Below, piece by piece: positions 10,115 to 21,200 of a DNA stretch of 64,000 nucleotides. The notes beneath the pieces were generated by a model, which was not told the DNA's origin, did not search any database, and saw nothing but the letters and a program-made list of their open reading frames with translations. Position numbers and translations under genes: made by a program. The number at the start of each line of letters is the position of its first letter. The first letter of the stretch is position 1. The stretch is taken from the IMG/VR virus record IMGVR_UViG_3300002140_000159, positions 1 to 64,000 of that record. One strand, 5' to 3'. The stretch comes from a virus.

Positions 10115-10783
10115 ATGACCACTATTTCTGTAAACGACCTGACTCAAGCCACTGTTGATGGGACAGGCATCTTTGATGTCTTGATGCGTGCCAATGCGGC
10201 GCACTTAGAGTCAGAGTTTGCCAAAGGTCGCATCAAAGGATCAGAGTACTCAACGGTCTATTTGGGGATGCTCACTCAGGTAATGCAGACTTCGTTGCAG
10301 TTGCTGTTGTCCAAGGAAAAAACAGACTTGGAAGCCCAAGTGCTGAGTGAGCAGATCTTGCAGTTGCAAGCGCAGACTGCGCTCGTCACCCAGCAAAAAG
10401 CCAATGCCATTTTGGAAGGTGCCGTGCTGGTAGCCCAAGAGTGCAAGCTGCGTGCAGAGTTTGATGTGCTGCAGAGCACCAACCTCAAGACTGTTCAAGA
10501 GACTAGCTTGTTGGCTCAAAAGACAGCTACTGAGCGTGCGCAGGTTACGACTTTGGGTGTTGATGACAACTCAGTAGTCGGTCGACAAAAGCAGCTGTAC
10601 TTGGCTCAAACCAGTGGCTTCACCAGAGACGCTGAGCAAAAAGCAGCCAAGGTCATGGTGGATACCTGGAATGTGCGCCGTACAACTGACCCTGATGCAG
10701 CGCCAGCAGATGGGGTCAACAACTTGAGTGACGCCTCTGTTGGACGAGCTGTAACTAAGTTGCTTGCTGGTGTCGGAGCTTAA
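10115..10783 (+). CDS. hypothetical coiled-coil virion protein
   Basis: Gln/Leu-rich heptad-like sequence; followed by a terminator. Confidence 0.55.
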   Translation: MTTISVNDLTQATVDGTGIFDVLMRANAAHLESEFAKGRIKGSEYSTVYLGMLTQVMQTSLQLLLSKEKTDLEAQVLSEQILQLQAQTALVTQQKANAILEGAVLVAQECKLRAEFDVLQSTNLKTVQETSLLAQKTATERAQVTTLGVDDNSVVGRQKQLYLAQTSGFTRDAEQKAAKVMVDTWNVRRTTDPDAAPADGVNNLSDASVGRAVTKLLAGVGA

Positions 10784-10804
10784 AGCGCAGCTAGCCAGTA
10801 CCAA

Positions 10805-10831
10805 GGGGAGCTTATCGCTCCCCTTTTTTTC
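10805..10831 (+). terminator. rho-independent terminator
   Basis: GGGGAGC-TTATC-GCTCCCC perfect 7-bp stem followed by T8. Confidence 0.75.
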
Positions 10832-10863
10832 TTCAGCTGTGCATCAGTAAGACAGGAGCGGTC

Positions 10864-13125
10864 ATGGGATGGAATCCATTTAAAAGCAAAAGAGTCACGA
10901 CTATCGACGTGGCTACAGTTGCGCAGCGTTTGATTGAAGACGATAACCTTCCAGACGCTATCAAGACCGGCGTGATCAAGGCAATCTTGCGCGAAGAAAA
11001 TGTGACCGATACCGTGATTGAAGACTTGATCGGTAGTTTGGGTGTGCGCGCTGAGCGTGCTTACGCTTACGCCGAAAAGCACTACACGCACGGATTACCT
11101 TCTGGGGAAATCTACTCATCGACCCAAGGATGGGCACAAGTAGAAGCAGTGATTGAGGCGGCTGAGGGACAGCAAGTTGTGACTGAGTACTCACGCCATG
11201 GGCCCGCCAATGCGTTGCATGTAGGCTGGGTCAAGCTAATTCAGGATCACGGTTACAGCCACACAACTAATCAGCTTGCAGGTCTGACTGCTACTAAAGG
11301 CACGCCCGTCTATCTCAAAGACATGGTAGTTGTAGTACCTGCCCATTTACAAAGCATTTATGAGCCAGATGTGTTGGCTCAGTGGGGTATCAGCGCTAAA
11401 GCAGGCTTCACGCCTGAGCGAACGTCTAATGGATCTATTGGTTTACAGAAGGTGGTGGAGTCATCGCCTGTGTTCATCAATGCTGCGGCTACAGAGTTGT
11501 ATGTCGCAGTCACTTATGTGTGGGAGTCTGGTAGTCATACTTATGAAGGCTCATTGAGCATTTCATTGAATGACTACTCCGCTGATCAAAACTACTTTCA
11601 AGCCAAGTATGTAGCCGACGACGTAGTCAAATACTTCATCTATGCGCAAGGCACAGGCACTCACCCAACGCTTGATGATGTGTTTGCAGAAAAGACAGTG
11701 GTCAATGGAACGTACTTCCCATTTGTCTACTTTCGTAACAACAAGCAGTCGGTCATTCAAGACAAGACTACGCCTGCGTACAAGACCAGCAGAACGCTGA
11801 CAAAGTACTTTGGGATGGATTTTGATACGGTAGCCAAAGGCATCGACAGTAATCCTGACATCGACGATGTTCAGCAAGCCATGATGATCATGGCCGTGCC
11901 AGCTGTAACTACTGATCCGGTGGAGTGCCGCTATCTGTTTGATTACTTTGAGGCCATGAACTACGCCATGGATGACGGCACGTCTTCCTACACAGCACTC
12001 AACCGCAGCGACTTGTCCGGTTTACAGCCCGACGCTGTTCAAGGCAAGCGAAGAGCTTTCTTGATTCAGGATAAGCAATTCAAGATGGTGCTGAGCATTG
12101 GAGGCATCACTAAGCGTTTAGTAGTGGGTTCTATTGGGAAATTAGGTACACATAGCAGCGCATACAGCACACGCTCAGTAAGCGAGACAGCCTATGACGT
12201 AGACCTTGGCGAGGATGTCACCAGTACTCGCTTGTTTAAAGAGCATGTGTACAAAAAACAAATCACATCTGTGCTGTATGAAGAAGTGACAGTGCTAGAC
12301 CTGAGCATGACTTATTTCGTCTCTGGTCAATACACCACAACAGGTGATGAAACAGACGAGATCTTGTTAATTCCCATTGATATGTCAATTAGCAGCCAGT
12401 GGACAATTCAAGAAAGGGAGACGCTTTACGCACGGTCGATGCACTTTATTTTTAATACGCTGGTAATTACTGTAACCAAAGTTAAGTGGTATCAGACTGG
12501 CGCGTTCAAGACCTTAATGTTAATTGTCGCTATCGTCATGATTGTTGTGGATGGTGGTGCCACCATGGGGGTTTACTTAGGACTCACTGGCACAGCCGCT
12601 ATAGTTGCGTCAATATTAATAACGCTCTATGTCATGCCAGCTGTATTTAAACTAATAGTGAAATTAGTAGGCGCAGATGTAGCGACAATACTGGCTATTG
12701 CATTAGTAGTTTATGCTGCGCATCACTTTGCCACATCGCCAGGTATGGCAGGTGTGCCTACAGCCAACCAGTTAGTTAGTTTTGCTACTGGATTAAACGG
12801 TGCTGTGATACAGGATATGTTCTCTGACTTGCTGCTGGAACAGCAAGGGTTTTTTCAATTCATGGAAGAACAAACTAAAACATTGGACGAAGCTAATAAA
12901 CTGTTAGAGTCAACTAGTTTTCTAAGTCCGTTCGTAATATTTGGGGAAAGCCCACAAGACTTTTATAATAGAACTGTTCACTCCGGCAATGTCGGAGTAT
13001 TAAGTATTAGCGCAATTTCCTCCTACGTGGATATCGCTCTCACTCTTCCGAAGTTAGACGAATCAATTGAAACAATAGGAGAAAGTAATAATGGGATATC
13101 CAACGGATTCAACGAATGGGCTTAA
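10864..13125 (+). CDS. virion protein with C-terminal multi-TM region (candidate ejection/channel protein)
   Basis: 753 aa. Three to four hydrophobic helices lie near residues 545-640 (FKTLMLIVAIVMIVV..., AAIVASILITLYVMPAVF..., ATILAIALVVYAA...). Confidence 0.55.
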   Translation: MGWNPFKSKRVTTIDVATVAQRLIEDDNLPDAIKTGVIKAILREENVTDTVIEDLIGSLGVRAERAYAYAEKHYTHGLPSGEIYSSTQGWAQVEAVIEAAEGQQVVTEYSRHGPANALHVGWVKLIQDHGYSHTTNQLAGLTATKGTPVYLKDMVVVVPAHLQSIYEPDVLAQWGISAKAGFTPERTSNGSIGLQKVVESSPVFINAAATELYVAVTYVWESGSHTYEGSLSISLNDYSADQNYFQAKYVADDVVKYFIYAQGTGTHPTLDDVFAEKTVVNGTYFPFVYFRNNKQSVIQDKTTPAYKTSRTLTKYFGMDFDTVAKGIDSNPDIDDVQQAMMIMAVPAVTTDPVECRYLFDYFEAMNYAMDDGTSSYTALNRSDLSGLQPDAVQGKRRAFLIQDKQFKMVLSIGGITKRLVVGSIGKLGTHSSAYSTRSVSETAYDVDLGEDVTSTRLFKEHVYKKQITSVLYEEVTVLDLSMTYFVSGQYTTTGDETDEILLIPIDMSISSQWTIQERETLYARSMHFIFNTLVITVTKVKWYQTGAFKTLMLIVAIVMIVVDGGATMGVYLGLTGTAAIVASILITLYVMPAVFKLIVKLVGADVATILAIALVVYAAHHFATSPGMAGVPTANQLVSFATGLNGAVIQDMFSDLLLEQQGFFQFMEEQTKTLDEANKLLESTSFLSPFVIFGESPQDFYNRTVHSGNVGVLSISAISSYVDIALTLPKLDESIETIGESNNGISNGFNEWA

Positions 13126-13660
13126 ATACAACTCAACTAGTGGGTTTGGTATAAAGCAACTTAATCCTGCTACTAACCTTCAAGCAATGCAAGGCTACAT
13201 GACGCCGCCTTTGGCTGCTAATGGCGCTAACGGTGCTTTTGGTCCACAAGATTACTCTGTGTATGGAGGAACTCAAGTGCCTCAGATGGGTGGCTTTAAC
13301 GTAAGTAACCTAGCAGCTGGTGCAGGTGGATACAACATGACCAACCCAATTGCTCCTGCTGGGGGAAGTGGGGCGGGTGGTGGTTTTTTTGACAACATGA
13401 TTGGCACTAGAGAAAATCCTGGCTGGGGTGGTCTAGCAGTGGGCGCAGCAACTGGTGCAGCAAATCTGTTTATGGGCTTAAAGCAATACGGCTTGGCCAA
13501 AGACATGTTCGCTGAGAACAAAAGCCAGTACGCACAGAACTTTGACGCACAGCGTGGCTTGACCAACTCTCGCTTAGAAGATCGCCAGACACGCCGCAAC
13601 ATTGAGCGTCCTGACTCCATGGCAGCAGCGGACTACATGTCCAAGTACGGAGTCAAATAA
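13091..13660 (+). CDS. Gly-rich hypothetical virion protein
   Basis: AGGAGA RBS 8 nt upstream of the ATG. The start overlaps the end of the previous gene by 35 nt. Confidence 0.55.
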   Translation: MGYPTDSTNGLKYNSTSGFGIKQLNPATNLQAMQGYMTPPLAANGANGAFGPQDYSVYGGTQVPQMGGFNVSNLAAGAGGYNMTNPIAPAGGSGAGGGFFDNMIGTRENPGWGGLAVGAATGAANLFMGLKQYGLAKDMFAENKSQYAQNFDAQRGLTNSRLEDRQTRRNIERPDSMAAADYMSKYGVK

Positions 13661-15171
13661 TGGCAACACCTATTACTTGGCAAAACGTAAACGCGCCATC
13701 TAATGATGCTGCCATGCGGGGCATGGAGTCTGCAGGACAAAATCTGACTGGGGGCTTAGATAAGTTCGCATCTATTTTGGCAAACAGAGAACAGGTCAAT
13801 CAAGGCGTGGCTGACCGTGGCAGACAAGCAAGCCAGGAAGAGTACCTGAACTTGGTTCAAAGCTACAAGACACCAGAGGAGTTGCAAGCAGCTCGTATGT
13901 CAGGTGTGTTGGATCAACGCTTGGCGTCACTAGACCCACGTAATCAAGCTGCAGTGCGTGGTGCCCAAGAGGCGCGTATTACCAGTTTGCAGACGCAAGC
14001 CACCGCAGGCAATACGTTTGCTACAGGTCAAAAGACGTTTGCTGATGCACCCATGATTGAGCAGCACAACCAATTGGTAGCCAACGGCGACACAGTAGGT
14101 GCAGCAGCGCTTCGCGCAGCTAATACTGGCGTTAATTGGGGCAACAGTGCTCAAGATGCTTGGGACGCTGGCCGCACCCGCAATAATCAGAACACTGCAG
14201 ATACGTTGGCTGCTGAAATTGACCCGGTTGCGTTAGAAAACGCTAAAGCAAATGCGCTATTGGCTCCTGGAGCACGCGCACAAGCAGTCCTTGAGCAAGA
14301 ACTAAAGGCCATTAACCTGGCAAATCAACAGCGAACCGCTGATCAAGAAGTAGAGGACCGCAAGATTGCAGAAAGTACTGCAAGATTTGCAACTATTAGT
14401 CAGCAGCGAACAGCTGCTGTTCGGACTGGGTATGGTGTCTTGGCTAAGGCCCGTGGATTTAATCTTGCCCCAGACGGCGGACCAGACCGCTCTCGTATGA
14501 CGGATTCTGAGATTGCAATTCTGACTGCTGCCGGTAAAGCTGCCGGTATGCCAGCATTTGACACCATGTTCAGTGGTAATACCCAGTCTGCTGCTGCGCT
14601 TAAGAAATCTCTAAAGGATCAAGGTTTCTCCGACAGAGCTATCACCAATGCAGGCGATTTGATAAATGGTGCAGCCGACACGTCAAGTGTTGGTGCACTG
14701 GTGGGTAACGATAGGGTACGAGCCGCCACAGCACAGGCCACTATGGACGTGATGCAGGAAGAAACTGACTCTAAAAACTGGTATGCCCCTGGAAGCCCCA
14801 ATGCTCGTAGTGACTACGAGACGCTGGCCAAAGACATTGAAGCAATGTTCAAAGGCACGAACATGATTGAGGATCTGCCAGACATCCAGAACCTACTTAA
14901 CAAGGCTGCCACCACAGGAATTGAAGTCAGTACAGGAGTGTTTTTGACACCATCCAAAAACGACATGATGGCTGCAGTACGTTCAGAGATGAACACCGAC
15001 AACTTTTTTGAAGACTCTCGTGCTGGCGATATTGAGGCTTTCTTAAAAAATAGTATGGACACCGAACGCGTCACAAAGTTGCAACAGCAAGCTGCACAAA
15101 GCGCAATACAAAACCGTGACCGTGCCATAAGAGCAGAGCTTCAAAAAGCGCTTTTCCCACCGAAGAAGTAA
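13660..15171 (+). CDS. hypothetical virion (internal/ejection?) protein
   Basis: 503 aa, Ala/Gln-rich, with a TAATG overlap with the previous gene. It lies immediately upstream of the vRNAP gene. Confidence 0.55.
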   Translation: MATPITWQNVNAPSNDAAMRGMESAGQNLTGGLDKFASILANREQVNQGVADRGRQASQEEYLNLVQSYKTPEELQAARMSGVLDQRLASLDPRNQAAVRGAQEARITSLQTQATAGNTFATGQKTFADAPMIEQHNQLVANGDTVGAAALRAANTGVNWGNSAQDAWDAGRTRNNQNTADTLAAEIDPVALENAKANALLAPGARAQAVLEQELKAINLANQQRTADQEVEDRKIAESTARFATISQQRTAAVRTGYGVLAKARGFNLAPDGGPDRSRMTDSEIAILTAAGKAAGMPAFDTMFSGNTQSAAALKKSLKDQGFSDRAITNAGDLINGAADTSSVGALVGNDRVRAATAQATMDVMQEETDSKNWYAPGSPNARSDYETLAKDIEAMFKGTNMIEDLPDIQNLLNKAATTGIEVSTGVFLTPSKNDMMAAVRSEMNTDNFFEDSRAGDIEAFLKNSMDTERVTKLQQQAAQSAIQNRDRAIRAELQKALFPPKK

Positions 15172-15176
15172 AACAA

Positions 15177-15198
15177 AAGTCCCTCAACAGAGGGACTT
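15177..15198 (+). promoter_or_regulatory. stem-loop between virion genes and vRNAP gene
   Basis: AAGTCCCTC-AACA-GAGGGACTT is a perfect 9-bp stem, but only a weak T tract follows. Confidence 0.4.
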
Positions 15199-15217
15199 CA
15201 TTTGAAAGCCTAATTAA

Positions 15218-18200
15218 ATGCAAGACTCTTTCGATGACACTATGTCACGCATTTCGCCTACGCCAATTACCCCTGAAGTTCGGCTCCCTACTGTGGGTGA
15301 GGTGGAGTCCAAATACAGATCTCTCCAGCAAGCCAGTAGAGACAAGATTAGCAGGTTAGAAGTCCGCAGACTTCAACAAGTAGCTCGTGAGAAAGCAGTT
15401 GCTGATTCCGTGGTGGGGCAGTTAGGACTTGACCCCAATGACACTTTTGGCGCTCTGGCTAATCGCGGTGTCGCTACCTACACCGGAGTTGCAACTGGTG
15501 CTGGTGCTTTGGCATCAGGTGCAGCCAATGAATTTGCTAGGTTTAACCGTGGCTTGGCAGACCCTCTTGTGCAGCAAGCCTACCAACGCCAGCAATGGGG
15601 GATAGCCAACGCGGATGACCTGAAGCTACTCAACGCCCCTACCGCAGATCGCACGTACTTGAGTGACTCAGATGCGGCTGAGCGCTTCGCCAATAAGATT
15701 GATGCTCGTCGTGCAGAGATTGCCACAATGGTGGCTCCTAACAAAGAGGGCATCCAACCAACTGGCTTACCCCAGATGGCGGTGGATGGTGGACTGAGTC
15801 TGCTCAAAGGCGCTATTGCTGTACCTGAAGCAGCAGTTGGTTTGGCCAGCATGGTTTCTGGTGGTGCAGCAGGCAAGTACTTAGAAGATGCTGGCTTTCG
15901 TCCTGGTGAAGCCAAAGACTTTATTGAGTCTCTGAAATCCGCAGAGATGCAAGCTGCAAGCCAAAGCGTCAATGGTGCAGAAGGCTTTTGGAACACTGTG
16001 GACCAAATGGCTGAAAACCCAAGCACAGTGCCGCACTTGTTGTTGGAATCACTATTCCCCATGCTGGCAGGTGGTGTGGCTGCGCGGGGTCTTCAAGCCT
16101 TGGGCGCAGGTGTCAAATTAGCGACAGCAGCAGGCGAAGGCGCTCTCATGGCTGGCTCTGCTGCAGAGCAAATTCGTGGGCAGACTGTAGACAAGCGCCT
16201 TTCCCTCAAGCAATCATTAGCTGCCGCCACCACAGGTGTGATGGGAGGTACTGTAGCTCGCTTGAGTGGTGGTGTATCAGGTCGTCTTGGTTTGGGTGAC
16301 ATTGATGAAGCCATCACCAAAGGTACGCTGGGCACATCTCAACGTGGGGTGCTCACCCGTACTGGTGGTGCCGCTGTGTTTGAAGGTGGTGAAGAAGCTT
16401 TGCAGTCCACGGGTGAAACTGTGCTGCAAAACTTTGCACTGGACAAAGCCTTAACCGAAGGTGTTGGTAATGCAGCTGCATTGGGTATGGTCACAGGTGC
16501 TGCTATGGGCGCACCTATGGGACTGGCCAAAGGAGTGGGCGAAGCACAGCAACGCTACCAGGACGCTACAAAGCTCCAGGACGAGGCGATTGCATCAGGT
16601 GATGTAACTGCATTGGCAGACCCAGCCGCACGCACCTACGCTCCTGAGAAGGCTATTGCCGCACTGACTGGCAATGCTCAGCTGGCTACAACTACTGAAG
16701 AAACCAAGCAAGCCCATCTGGCCAAGGCCGATGAGATTGTGGGTGTGCTGGATGAAAAGCGAGCAGCGCTAGCAGCAGACTTATCGAACAAAACACTCAA
16801 AGGTGTCACCGCCAAGATTGCTGAAATGCAAGCTCTCTTGGCCAATACAGACCCGGCTAAAGTCGACAAGGTCGCAGGCTACACAAGATACTTGGATAAC
16901 TTGCAAAAGGAGTTGCCTTTACTGCAAGAAGACAAGACTGACGGCAAGCGTACCAAGTCTTTGGAAAAAGAATTAGCTACGCTAGACACGCAGATAGAAG
17001 GTGTGAACACCGCCAAGACCCAGCTCAATCAGCTGGTAGAAGGCGGCACTGGTGTAGAGGCCATGCTGACATCATTGAGTACGCCGGTTGATCAAGCTGA
17101 CCCTGTAGCTGTAGAAGCTTCTGTGGCGACTGCAACTCGCGTAGTGAACTTGGCCATGTCTGCTCCTCAGCTGTTGGATCCTGTTCGTGCAGAGGAAGTA
17201 GCTGCAGACATGACCAATGCTTTGACAGCTCCACAGCGTTTGGTCTTGCGTGAGTTCTCAAAAGCACGGCTGGAGCAGAACCTACTGATTAGTGGCAGTG
17301 CTGTGTCACGCCAAATTTACGAAGGTGGCGGCGGTAATACAGGTATCAAAAATTACCAAGACCGCATGGCAGTAGCTGTGCGTACCGGCAATCAAAAACA
17401 AGCAGAAGAACAGCTTGATGGTCTGGGTAAATTTGAAGCGGACCACCGCAGCAAAGCGGAGGTGGCCGCTGCAGCAATGGCCAAAGGGCCAGGCATACAA
17501 ATCATTAAAGCCAATGGGCAATGGCAAATTGGCGATGGCTCGCTGTCACAAAGCAAGGCGCGTCCCAATGGTGCTTTAACAATTAATTCACCGAAATTGG
17601 TAAGCGACATTCAGCAAGAAGCTGCTGCACTGACTGCTTCGCTGAGCTATTTGACAAAGGCGTATGAGCTGAAGTTCAACGCACCTTCCGCTGATGCATC
17701 AACTTTGACTGGAGCTGAGAATGTCACGAACCAATCACAACAAGGACAGGGAGCGCAAGTTCAGTCCAAAACCCCTGCAACAAAAGATGCAGCGCCAACT
17801 GGAGGAACAGCGACTTCTTCCGAGGGAGTACCAGCAACCGTTGGAACCACTGGTGGTGTACAAGCCGCTGGAGTAACTGAGTCAGCTGTAGTAGAAGCTA
17901 AGTCAACTACAGTGAATGAAGAGACATCCGTCTCTTCTGTGAAGACTAAGAGTACTGGAGTAGATAAGAAGACTGAGATAACTCAGAAGACTCAGGAAGC
18001 TAAGAGTACTGAGATAACTGCAGACACTACAGTTGAAACACAGGCTAATTCAGAGAATAGCACAGTTGAGTCTGATACTGCCCAGACAATTGCCTCCGAT
18101 GGGAAACTTTCGGCACTTCAACAGACCTCCCCGGAGGGGACTCCCCACGATGAGAAAAAGCTAGGTGACTTTTTTACTCAGGAGTCTGGAAAAGACTCTG

Positions 18201-21200
18201 ATGGCTCAAAGCGTCCACTAGTAGAAGTCAAAAACTTCATGGCTGCAGTAGCTGCAGGTACAGTAAAAATAGGTCAGTACATCAAAGACCAGGACTTGGG
18301 CAAAGACTCAAAACTAGTAGCGTGGGCTAAGTTTGTTGAGAAAACTGCACAGTGGGCACCGATCATTGCTCGCAATCTGAAGGTTGGAGCCAACGCAAAA
18401 TTTAACTACGATGATCCAATACGTTATTTGATCCAAGCGATCAGCGTGAATGGGAAAAGCGGTATTGACGTTGAAGACAACGTGAAGACTGCCATGTCTG
18501 CTGCAGTGTTTGGGTACGTTGCTGATCTGGCCAGTCGAGCTGCTGCCAACAGTGATAAAGCAATCAACAGTACTCTGGGTCATCGCCCAGACTCGCCTAT
18601 CAGTGCAGATGCAAGAGCAGCGCTGACAGATGTTGGTGCGTACCAGTCCCAGGTAATTGACTCACTTGGCTCAGCTGTTATTGACGCACTGGGTTTTAAG
18701 ATTGACGTGAACGCACCTCAAGACATGCTGGCTAAATTGCGTGTGTCTCTTGGAGCCCACGCGTTTAAGCTGATGGAGGACCGAGGCTTATTGGTTCGTA
18801 CATCTTTCACCAATGGTGAAATCAACAATCTGCGTAACGAAGATCTGTTTGCAGACAATGAGGCTGAGAACTCAGGCGAAGAAACTACGCAAATTTCTGA
18901 CAAGGTAGTGGGACATCATTTTTACAAGCTCGCTCGTGACGAGGCAGGGCAGCCAAATGGCGAAGCCAAGGAAGTTGCAGATTCAATCAAAGGCTCTCAG
19001 AGCCTGATTCAAAACTTGTTTGGGATTGAGTCAGGTTTGTCGTTTCCAAGTCTCACGCCTATTGTTGGTGTGCAGAAACAATCAAACACTGGTATGGGAC
19101 TACCTGGCTTTGTTAAAAAGGTGTTCAAGCTCAATCAGACGCGACCATGGAAAGCCAACAAAGATCCGTTGAAGGTACTGAGTTTGTTCTCAGAAGAAGA
19201 AGGCATGGAGATGTCTGGCGTCGAGGCAGAGAGTGAGCACACTCACGTTCGCAACCGAAATAGCAAGCGCGCAAAAAACGATGGCCTGGCCCGTGAGTTT
19301 CGCAACTTCATGGGGTTTATGGGCGATCTGGCCATGGGCGAGAAAGGTATGGATCAAGAATTCTTCTTGAACCAAGATATGTGGAAGCAGCAACGCTCAG
19401 GCTACAAGAACAACACTGTGAACCCCAACACCAGCAAGATTGTTCGCTGGTTGATTGCTTCTGACAGTTGGAGCACAGTCATTGATCTGAGCAACGAAAC
19501 TCAGCTTCAGTCTTTCATGCTGCGTGCATCGGAAGGTTTTGGCATCAAGCCAGAAAAAGATGCCAGCCAGAGATCCGTTGATGCGCTTGATTCCATGATG
19601 CAAGACCCAGCGATGAAAGCTGCAGTCAAAGCACTTCAGGTAGTCCTGTTTACTGATAACGCTGTGCTGAGTGTGGAGCAACAAGCTGCAATTAAAGCAG
19701 CAGTTAAAACAGGCAACCAGAAACTCCATACGTTGGCTTCGCTGATCGCTTATGCCAAGTATCAGCAAGCTATTGACACAAAGGCGGATACATTTACGAC
19801 CAACCTGATGGGCGAGGTTGATGGTGTGTCCAATGGTTCTATCCTCAATGCAATCATGTATGGGGCTGCTGCTACTGCAGAGCAGTTGAACTTGCTGCTG
19901 GAGAAAGGCGGAATCTACGCTTTTGCACTTGGCACCCAAGAGCCTCGTTTCAAAGGGTACAACTTGTGGCGCGGTACACCAGGTCATCAGGACATTTACG
20001 AATCCAATGCCCAAGATTTACATTCCTATGTGAACTCAATGCCTGTTGAGAGTCGCGCAGTAACAGGTGCGATCTGGGCAACAGCTGGCTCTCCAATCAA
20101 TGCGGCATTAGAAGCGACCAAAGACGGACGAGATTTGCTCAAGGGGCCAATCAATCCGCTGAACTATGGTGGTGGCTTTACCAGCATCATTGGCAAGATG
20201 GCTTACGACTACGTGGATACCATGTACGAAAAGCTGGAAGGCTTCTCGCGCAAAGGCTCCGAACAATCTACTGTTGATGTGTTTGTGGGTAACGTCAACG
20301 TGCTGCTTCGTTCTGAGGGAGCTGCCCAGCTACCAGTTGGCAGGCCCATTTCGTACTACCTCAGCCGCTCGTTGTCAAAGTCACAGGAAGCCGCATTACG
20401 CAATGCGTATGCTGCAACGATTGGTGCAGCTACCAAAGAAGTAATTGGCACTAACTTTAAGCCATTCTTAAAGCGAAGCAAGCTGGTGACGCAGACGGTT
20501 GCCTTGTCCTACGGTTTGTACGAGGCTGTGTACACCGCTTCGCGTAACGCCATGATTGAGGAACTAGGCATCCCAACGACAAAGGCTGGGCCTATCCATG
20601 ATCTAAGCAAAGCACAAGAAGCAGAACTTGCAGAGCGTTTAAAAGACATCTTGCCTGTCATGCACACGGCAATGTCCAAAGACGAAGGCAATACCAGTAA
20701 TGGTATCTTGCTAGCCAAAAAAGGCCGCAAGCAAAACAACTCCTCAGCCTACAAAGTGCAAGTTTCTTTTGGCTCGAAGCTAAAAAATAATGCAAGCCAG
20801 CTAACTTCGGTTGGGCGTTCAGTGGTTCAAGAAGACCCAGGTGTGATTGCTATTTCTGGCACAACGCACGCACTAGACAGTGCTATTTCTCTTGATGCAC
20901 AAAACACAAACCATGTCGTAAACAACCATGATGCAGTAGGTGCAGGTATCAATACGTTGGCGGAGTCAGCGGATTCTTTGAACAAGAGCACTTGGTCAAG
21001 AACGCTCAACTACTCCCCATTGAATGAAGCTCACGACGCACTTATGCGCGTGGTTCGTGGCATTACGGAGATGGACCAGCGCGGCGAATTGACACCGGAA
21101 ATGCAAGCATCAATCAAAGAGATGCTGCAAAAGCTTGCCAAGAAGAACCGTGTCGACAAAGTTGAAACTCTTTTGGACACAACAGTGTTCAAAATTTTCA

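Noticed and set aside
19397-20014. Long antisense ORFs inside the vRNAP gene (for example 205 aa here, and also 21244-21765, 21841-22299, 15580-16062)
   Set aside because: They lie entirely within a much longer ORF carrying conserved motifs. They have no RBS and show skewed Ala/Ser/Leu/Arg composition typical of shadow frames.
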